Part shown: one piece after another, positions 57,783 through 64,000 of the stretch
How positions within the stretch are numbered: position 1 is the stretch's first letter
How the letters are laid out: the number at the start of each line of letters is the position of its first letter
From: a virus
Taxonomy: Duplodnaviria; Caudoviricetes
Length of the DNA stretch: 64,000 nucleotides
Strand: one strand, 5' to 3'
Virus record (IMG/VR): IMGVR_UViG_2925282926_000001
Span: 1-64,000 of that record
Notes under the pieces: model-generated
What the model was told of the DNA's origin: nothing
The model's database searches: none
Seen by the model: the letters and a program-made list of their open reading frames with translations, nothing else
Made by a program: the position numbers and the translations under genes

Positions 57783-58184
57783 ATGATCGACATCACCCCG
57801 CACGACCACGCGCTAATCAAATCGCATATCATACTGCCGCGCGTATTGACCGCATTCGAACGGGACATCGCGCTTATTAACGAAACGCTCAAGACGCCGG
57901 GTCCGTACGTCGACGTAATCGCGGAGGCTCAGCGTAAACTCACCGCAGACCTCTACGAGATCCGCAAGCAGTTCCGTACACGCGGTATCAAGGTCTACGA
58001 AGAGGTGGCGGATAACGACGGCGTAACGGCGCGCTATAAATGCCGCGGCTATGAGTCGGAGAAGCGGATACGGTGGGCGTTTATGGCGGCGGAGGCTGGC
58101 GTGTTGATGCGGAAGTATCTCGGTGTGAGTACGGACCAATACGTGGACCCGTCGGTTCCGGAATGGTTGCAGCGCGATCCGTAA
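57783..58184 (+). CDS. SOS-regulated hypothetical protein
   Basis: 133-aa ORF followed by a hairpin at ~58208-58245. Confidence 0.65.
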   Translation: MIDITPHDHALIKSHIILPRVLTAFERDIALINETLKTPGPYVDVIAEAQRKLTADLYEIRKQFRTRGIKVYEEVADNDGVTARYKCRGYESEKRIRWAFMAAEAGVLMRKYLGVSTDQYVDPSVPEWLQRDP

Positions 58185-58255
58185 ACGTAGCTGGATGCTC
58201 CGCATACAAAAAAAAAGAGCGCCCACCTCCGGAGAGATGAGCGCTAGGTCTTGCG

Positions 58256-58468
58256 TTATGAAGTTACGAGTTCTCCGCTTGCTGCGCGAGTAACACGCGT
58301 TTTACACTTCGGACATTTGACGCTGCCGTCCATTAACCGGAAGGAGTGACCGCAATGTGGACACGATATCTTTTCCGAGCGGAAGTATTTTATGTTTACC
58401 CATATCGCTACTATTGGCGCGGCTACGAAAAGAGTTATAATAAATCCGATAAGAAACATTGCGGTCAC
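58256..58468 (-). CDS. Membrane-anchored zinc-ribbon protein
   Basis: TM plus CPHC...CPKC. Confidence 0.55.
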   Translation of the reverse strand: MTAMFLIGFIITLFVAAPIVAIWVNIKYFRSEKISCPHCGHSFRLMDGSVKCPKCKTRVTRAASGELVTS

Positions 58469-58502
58469 CTCTCTTATTTACGTTACTTCCAGTATACACC
58501 AA

Positions 58503-58748
58503 CTAATTGCGCGCGTCACGAAGTTTTCTTAATCGCCTTCGCCCGATATCATACAGTTTACACGCGGCCAGTCCCGTCATGAGCCCCGTCATAATTCCGT
58601 CCGCAACGGAGTCCACCGGAATGTAGAAGAGTCCCGCGCCTAATCCGAGCGCCATCGATAACAGCGGAATCCATTTCGCCGCCACGTATAACTTCGCAAA
58701 CTCACCGATCGCAATAATCACCGCAACCACTACGCCGATTTCGTACAT
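58503..58748 (-). CDS. Holin
   Basis: Three short TMs, KWIPLLS..LG, GL..GLAA..LYD.G. Confidence 0.75.
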   Translation of the reverse strand: MYEIGVVVAVIIAIGEFAKLYVAAKWIPLLSMALGLGAGLFYIPVDSVADGIMTGLMTGLAACKLYDIGRRRLRKLRDARN

Positions 58749-58749
58749 A

Positions 58750-59655
58750 TTACTTCGCCTCCTTTACGGGAACAGCGTCAACAGCTCCGAAGAATCCGCG
58801 CCGATACATTACGGTAATAACGCGGTAAAAGTCATAGCTTCCGTCGTTCGCGGTATCAATTGCGCCAACCTTTTTCGCAGCCACGCACGCAGCTTCGGCC
58901 CACGCCGGCACTTTCGCCATTTTGTCGCGTCCCTCTAACGTTTCAATCCGTTTGGCCTGCGCGGCTACCGTTTCCTGTAGCGCTTTAAACGCGGCTTTCT
59001 CTTCGATTGTCATCGCGTCATCATCTCCGTTCTTTAATTTCGCAAGCTCGGCCACAATGTCCGGAATGAACGATTTCTGCGCAGCCTCTTTCGAATTGCC
59101 TGCGCCCCAAAACGCTGTGCCCGGACACGTCTTCGATGACTTTCCGGCCGTATAATCGCCGAGCCACGTTCCGTCCGCTTTATACCACGCGTGATAAACG
59201 ATGGTGTTAACGGAAGGCGTAATCGATAACTTTTCGCACAGACAAGCGTACATGTGAGCGATTGTGTCCCGCTGCGCCTCCGTCATCGTATCCGCGCCCT
59301 TATCGAAGTTACCTACATGCTCGATACACAACGCGCCAGTGTTCGCGCCTTTAATGCCGGCTGGCGTTGAGTTGAGATTCCGGTCGAGACTAATCGCAAT
59401 CTTTCCGTCCTCGAACGTCGTGATATTCTGGCCTGTTCCGGACCACCCTTGTGATAAGTGAAACCTCCGCATGCCTTCAAGACAATCGAAATGATCTTGT
59501 TGCGCGAGGCCGGCGACCATTCTACGCGTGATGTAGTTAGGCGCGGCTGTGTGGTGAACTTGGAGGCGTTCAATTTTACGCGTAATATTCTGCGCCTTGA
59601 GCCAATCGCGGAACTCTCGCTGATCCATTAGTAGGAAGTTACCCTTCGTAATCAC
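58750..59655 (-). CDS. Endolysin, N-acetylmuramoyl-L-alanine amidase
   Basis: QVHHT, CIEHVGNFD, YHAWY, KTCPG. Confidence 0.88.
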   Translation of the reverse strand: MITKGNFLLMDQREFRDWLKAQNITRKIERLQVHHTAAPNYITRRMVAGLAQQDHFDCLEGMRRFHLSQGWSGTGQNITTFEDGKIAISLDRNLNSTPAGIKGANTGALCIEHVGNFDKGADTMTEAQRDTIAHMYACLCEKLSITPSVNTIVYHAWYKADGTWLGDYTAGKSSKTCPGTAFWGAGNSKEAAQKSFIPDIVAELAKLKNGDDDAMTIEEKAAFKALQETVAAQAKRIETLEGRDKMAKVPAWAEAACVAAKKVGAIDTANDGSYDFYRVITVMYRRGFFGAVDAVPVKEAK

Positions 59656-59656
59656 G

Positions 59657-59965
59657 TTATCTCTCCCCTTTCATTACGGACTTGATCTCCGTTACATCTA
59701 ACGAAAGCCCTTCATACTGAGACGCAAGCGTTTCGAATCGTCCCGTTAAATCTTCCGCCAAACGCATGAGTCGTTCTTCTCTCCGTAGCGCGTCCGAATA
59801 CATCTGATCCTCGCGTTCTTTAGCGGCGGCCATCATGCGGTCTTCCCGTGCGCGCCCGTCGTCTTGTATCCGCGCCATCTGACGCCACAAAAGGAATCCC
59901 GCCACGACGAATAGGACTGCAAATAGGCCCTCTTTAACCGCGCTATTAAATATCGCTTGCTCCAT
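59657..59965 (-). CDS. BhlA/UviB-like holin-like protein
   Basis: EGLFAVLFV..G...REDRM. Confidence 0.75.
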   Translation of the reverse strand: MEQAIFNSAVKEGLFAVLFVVAGFLLWRQMARIQDDGRAREDRMMAAAKEREDQMYSDALRREERLMRLAEDLTGRFETLASQYEGLSLDVTEIKSVMKGER

Positions 59966-60161
59966 CGCCGGCCGCCTCGCTTTCCGCCGCCGCTTTTGTT
60001 TCTAACGCAGCTAATGCCGTTCCAATTTCGTAATCTAATGCGCGGAGAATTTCCGCCTGACCGTCCGTATGATACGCAAGGACTGCGGATATGACTGCGG
60101 CAAGCTCCGGTGCCGGTTGCGCCAGGTCTACGGTACATTCGAGTAGTGTGCGTGATTTCAT
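59946..60161 (-). CDS. Hypothetical protein
   Basis: GGAGG RBS. Confidence 0.5.
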   Translation of the reverse strand: MKSRTLLECTVDLAQPAPELAAVISAVLAYHTDGQAEILRALDYEIGTALAALETKAAAESEAAGDGASDI

Positions 60162-60237
60162 TGCGCGATTCCTCCGTTTCTATGCAACGCAAATAAGGCC
60201 CCGCCAATGTTGGCGAGACCCTGCGTTATTTATTCGT

Positions 60238-60777
60238 TTATTTTAGCGCGGCGAGTGCGGCTTCGGCTTGCGCGATATCCGCTCTTGTTGACGCGATTCT
60301 TTCGTCATAGCCCGCCAGTTGTGTTTCTCGCTCCTTGATTAGCGCTGAATCTGCGTTATCTTTCTTTAACGTAGCCAACTCCTCCGCGACCTCTTCGCGT
60401 TCCTTAAGATTCGGAGCAAGGATGCGGTCTTGTAGTATCGCCAAAGACTCCTGTATGCTCGCGGCTGATCTTCCGGAGTACTTATTCTCAGTTGCTTCGA
60501 CCGGAGATTCCTCCTCGCTTGTCGTCACGTTTATAGTCTTTCCGCTCACTTTTATATCCGCCCCTAACGCCTCAGATATTCCGCGAACAGGTACGTTGGC
60601 CTTCCCGTCGATAACAACACCTTTGTCAGCGAGCTTTTCCCCGTTAACTATAACGGTATACTCTCCGCTAACCTTCTTGCCGACGAGTGACTTAACGTTG
60701 TCCGCAAACGCGCCGGCGGATGTCGAAAGAACGAATCCGATCAATATACCACCGGCGATGTATGCTACTTTTTTCAT
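60238..60777 (-). CDS. Secreted protein with copper-amine-oxidase-N-like (stalk) domain
   Basis: Signal peptide; IDGKANVPVRGISEALGADI. Confidence 0.7.
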   Translation of the reverse strand: MKKVAYIAGGILIGFVLSTSAGAFADNVKSLVGKKVSGEYTVIVNGEKLADKGVVIDGKANVPVRGISEALGADIKVSGKTINVTTSEEESPVEATENKYSGRSAASIQESLAILQDRILAPNLKEREEVAEELATLKKDNADSALIKERETQLAGYDERIASTRADIAQAEAALAALK

Positions 60778-60827
60778 GCTTAACCCCTCCGCGAATTGGT
60801 GTATGGTTCATATTTCCTATACTACCA

Positions 60828-62981
60828 TTACGCGGCGGTTGTTGTGAAGGTTCCACCGCCAGATGTAGCGTTATCTGGATTACCGTGGTTGTGGTTCGGT
60901 ACCGATACAGTATGCGTATGCCCAACGGATGATTTCCCGCTTAGTGCGTTCCAGATCGAATCAAGTTCCGCACGCAATCCGGATATGCTTCCGATACCTA
61001 GACTCAATCCATTAACCGCACCGCCAAACGTAACCGCGCCCTGCAGACGGATAGGATTCGCAGTATTATTCGACCCGATTACGATGCTGTTTCCGTACAT
61101 CGTTAGCGTTCCGTTACTCGCGTAGGTGTTGATCTCTCCGACGGACGAACCGTTCGTATCCCGGAATATAAGCGCTGCAGCCGTCGCGTCGTCTGTCGTA
61201 GCGATCTGAATACGTACGCGTCCGGAGGCATCGTATGAACGGAATCCTTGTACGTCCAACTCTACACGACGCCCACTCGCAGCCGTCCGGATGAGCGACC
61301 CGGTTATCGTTCCGCCGACCGTCGTACTTCCCTCCGCGTACATATTGCCCGCGCTATCGACCGTAAACTTCCCGTTGCCGACGTTGATCGACGAGCCGAC
61401 GATCGCACCATTCGTAAAGTTAGACGAGAATATATTCGCTGAGTTCGCGGTCAAACGGTTAGCTGTGACGTTTCCCTGCATATCAACGCGGAAAGGCGCG
61501 GAGTTAAATACCGCGTGGCCTGACGCGATCCCGTTCGTGTTAATCTGCGTGACGTTATTCCCCGCGCCGATCAGTAGCGATACGAAGGAACCGAGTTGAC
61601 CGACAATGGCCGGCGCTGCTATTCCGTTCGCATTGATCGCTGTCATCGCCGTAGCTCCGCCGTCCTTGCTGAAAATGATTCCGTTAGACGTCATGATGAC
61701 TTGATTGCGCGCATCCGTTTTGTCCTGGAGAACGATACCGCGGTTATCGTACTTAACTTCGGTCTTCGAATTGTGTACATCATTAACCGCCGCCTTAGCG
61801 AACGCCTCGAATACATCCGTCCGGATTGTTCCGTTGCTTATCAGATTGCTAACGATATTCTTCGATTTCTCAAGATCCGCGATAATATCCGTCATATCCC
61901 GCAGCATCACGTTAGTAATCGTAACTTGCGATTGCTGCTCGTTACTATACGGGTATTCGACGAGCTCCGTAATCCGCGCACTAATCCCGTCAATGCCAAG
62001 CGCAGGATCAACGCATTTAACCGTATCGCCGAGGCCGGGCGCAGGTTCCGCGCTATCTAACTTGTGAATGTCCGCAGCCGAAACGGATATTTCTAGCGCC
62101 GGTATTTCGCTCTCACGGAGAGCCTTCCGTTGGGCTTCGAGCAATTCCGTATATGACGTAATGTTCTGCTCGATAATCTCTCCGTCATAAAACGTGTTCA
62201 CATCGGTCGCCCAATATTGCGCATACGGAGAAATCAGGTAATTGACCGCGAGATTGCCGCCAACAATTGCGCCAGGCACGGAGTTTAGCAGCGCCCGCTC
62301 ATCAGCCGTTAACATCGACGTAGGCTGTCCGATAAGAGTCCGCCCATCTTTCATCTGCGCAAACATACGCGTCACAAGCGTGTTCGCATCGTCATTGAAC
62401 GTTGATGATACGATATTCTTACGGATGCGGTACTGCAAGCCGACATCTCGGCCGATCTTCTTACGCAAGTGGATCACGTAATTGTCCGGCTCAATCTCCG
62501 CGCCATACATTGATACGACGGAGTTCAGCGCCTCAAGTGCGTTGCCTCGCCCGAAATCCTTAACGTCGAATAGCGGGAATGTATCGTCAATACTAAACGT
62601 GTACTTGCCGCCAGTTGCCGCGCTGATTGCCGTCGTGAGCTGCGAAATGTGAACGCCGTAAGCTTCCGATATATACGATGCGTACGGGTATTTGTAATCC
62701 GCTAGTTTAAATAATACGTGTGAGCAATCGATGCGCGCGGTTAGTTTGCGACCTTCACGCACACGGCTCCGGTTGTTGATTACGTAATACTGGCCGCGAT
62801 CATCCCGAACATGGCCTTTGAGTACGATTTTATCGAGGTAGTCCGCGGATGTCATCGGAACCGTAAACGATAGCGAGTAGTCCGAGTTGATGCGTCGGGT
62901 CCGCTGAATATCGCCCGCGTCTACGAGGATGCCGATACGCTTCCGATTCTTATCGTAGGATTCGAGGTATTTCTTCGCCAA
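60828..62981 (-). CDS. Prophage tail endopeptidase-type/tail spike protein
   Basis: RRINSDYSLSF, YRIRKNI, GLGDTV..D, RITEL..YPY, C-terminal HTH..HNH tip motif. Confidence 0.85.
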   Translation of the reverse strand: MAKKYLESYDKNRKRIGILVDAGDIQRTRRINSDYSLSFTVPMTSADYLDKIVLKGHVRDDRGQYYVINNRSRVREGRKLTARIDCSHVLFKLADYKYPYASYISEAYGVHISQLTTAISAATGGKYTFSIDDTFPLFDVKDFGRGNALEALNSVVSMYGAEIEPDNYVIHLRKKIGRDVGLQYRIRKNIVSSTFNDDANTLVTRMFAQMKDGRTLIGQPTSMLTADERALLNSVPGAIVGGNLAVNYLISPYAQYWATDVNTFYDGEIIEQNITSYTELLEAQRKALRESEIPALEISVSAADIHKLDSAEPAPGLGDTVKCVDPALGIDGISARITELVEYPYSNEQQSQVTITNVMLRDMTDIIADLEKSKNIVSNLISNGTIRTDVFEAFAKAAVNDVHNSKTEVKYDNRGIVLQDKTDARNQVIMTSNGIIFSKDGGATAMTAINANGIAAPAIVGQLGSFVSLLIGAGNNVTQINTNGIASGHAVFNSAPFRVDMQGNVTANRLTANSANIFSSNFTNGAIVGSSINVGNGKFTVDSAGNMYAEGSTTVGGTITGSLIRTAASGRRVELDVQGFRSYDASGRVRIQIATTDDATAAALIFRDTNGSSVGEINTYASNGTLTMYGNSIVIGSNNTANPIRLQGAVTFGGAVNGLSLGIGSISGLRAELDSIWNALSGKSSVGHTHTVSVPNHNHGNPDNATSGGGTFTTTAA

Positions 62982-63001
62982 GTGTGCGCCTCCTTTCCGT
63001 A

Positions 63002-63523
63002 TTAATAGAGGAATTTATCGCGATGCGTTACGCGTGTCCGAACGTTGCGCGCCGTTTCCGAATCGCTATACGTCAGTTTATTCGCGCCATAAACGAGGTC
63101 GAAGAAGTCGCCGGTCATTAAGTGCAGCGCGTTCTCCCCGTTAATCGTAATCGTCTGACGTGCGGTATCAATAACGATGACGTCGCCCGGTCGAAATGTT
63201 CCCGTTAATCCGATTTCGTTAATATGCGCGTGAGTTACGGTAACGACGAAATCGGTCGCCGTAGTTATGGACGCGCCAAATAACCGCTCACGGACTAATT
63301 GCGCAAGCATCTCGGTGGCTGTCGTTATTTCCGCCGTCATCGCCATTTCGCGGATAAACTCCGCGGTTAAGTCCGTCGCACTTTCGAATGTAACCATAAC
63401 GGGAAAGTCCACGCTGATTCGCGCAGACAAGTCCGTCGCTGATTCGATTGCTACGGTGAATAGCGCCTCGAATGAGAGTGTTCGGTTAAACGGCGAACGG
63501 TTGAACGGCGCGCGATTAAACAT
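63002..63523 (-). CDS. Tail component (distal tail-like C-terminus)
   Basis: PGDVIVIDT..QTITINGEN..GDFFDL..GAN.L.Y. Confidence 0.7.
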   Translation of the reverse strand: MFNRAPFNRSPFNRTLSFEALFTVAIESATDLSARISVDFPVMVTFESATDLTAEFIREMAMTAEITTATEMLAQLVRERLFGASITTATDFVVTVTHAHINEIGLTGTFRPGDVIVIDTARQTITINGENALHLMTGDFFDLVYGANKLTYSDSETARNVRTRVTHRDKFLY

Positions 63524-63731
63524 CAGGACCGCCACCGACCGTTTCCGCGTATTCATCCTCCGTGATCCATCCGTTAGCGAGAGCGCGGTCGAAATCCGTT
63601 TTGGTATACGTAGCCGACGCGTACTCTTTAACTGGCGTGACGTAGACGGTCATGATGTCCGGAAATGACTTCGTGCCGTGACGGTAGATTGCGGTTGAAT
63701 ACGCGACTTTTAGCGAGTTGATGATAGCCAT
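63516..63731 (-). CDS. XkdX-like small protein
   Basis: C-terminal ALANGWITEDEYAET. Confidence 0.55.
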   Translation of the reverse strand: MAIINSLKVAYSTAIYRHGTKSFPDIMTVYVTPVKEYASATYTKTDFDRALANGWITEDEYAETVGGGPDV

Positions 63732-64000
63732 TACGCAGCACCTCCGTTAGCCAGCGTTTCCCAAATGTCGATGATCGCAAGGTTAAGGCTGGCCGCTTCT
63801 ACTTCAGTGGCAGAAACACGTTGTTCCAACTCCGTTAACCCCTCAACTGGTGTACCCTGCTCTGATTCAGATTTCAACGATTCGTCCAACACCGCTTTTC
63901 CGTTTTGCCAACGAAAGTATCCAGCGTTTATCCCGATGGGTAGCGGTGTTGGGATATCAACTTCCTGGTAACCTACATATTCGTACTCAATAATATCGCG
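63731..64000 (-). CDS. Partial XkdW-like/fibre-chaperone protein
   Basis: Open frame from the window edge ..LTELEQRVSATEVEAASLNLAIIDIWETLANGGAA*. Confidence 0.5.
   Translation of the reverse strand, partial: RDIIEYEYVGYQEVDIPTPLPIGINAGYFRWQNGKAVLDESLKSESEQGTPVEGLTELEQRVSATEVEAASLNLAIIDIWETLANGGAA

Larger units (their letters stand above)
57508..64000. mobile_element. Prophage 2 (partial: lysis and tail end; probably non-contractile tail)
   Basis: Holin, amidase, BhlA-like, tail endopeptidase-type and XkdX-like genes; abrupt CG-rich composition; att-arm-like repeats at 57524-57583. Confidence 0.85.

Overview
Bacillales DNA, most likely Paenibacillus-like, made up of three mobile elements stacked at a tRNA-Ala(GGC) gene. 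(1) 1-2336 is the edge of an older island with a Lamassu/ABC-three-component-type effector, a radC pseudogene and the C-terminal relic of a tyrosine integrase. (2) 2337-57481 is an apparently complete ~55 kb temperate myovirus prophage bounded by a 49-bp direct repeat (tRNA 3' end). It has a lambda-like head, a P2-like contractile tail, a tape-measure gene split by a group I intron with a GIY-YIG homing endonuclease, and an integrase far from the immunity region. (3) 57508-64000 is the lysis/tail end of a second, CG-rich prophage. The main candidate for a new system lies beside the cI/cro switch: a kinase-free Agr-like peptide-signalling operon (HTH, multi-TM protein, AgrB, a 42-aa AgrD missed by the ORF track, stand-alone LytTR). 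Its promoter shares a 17/19-identical palindromic operator with a P_RE-like promoter that reads antisense through cro towards cI, which suggests cyclic-peptide control of lysis-lysogeny. Other oddities include a LexA-boxed 41-aa candidate antirepressor, a second copy of the origin iterons near cos, an anticodon-less tRNA mimic in the late leader, and internal translation starts in both endolysins. All calls come from manual reading and motif recognition; no searches were run.
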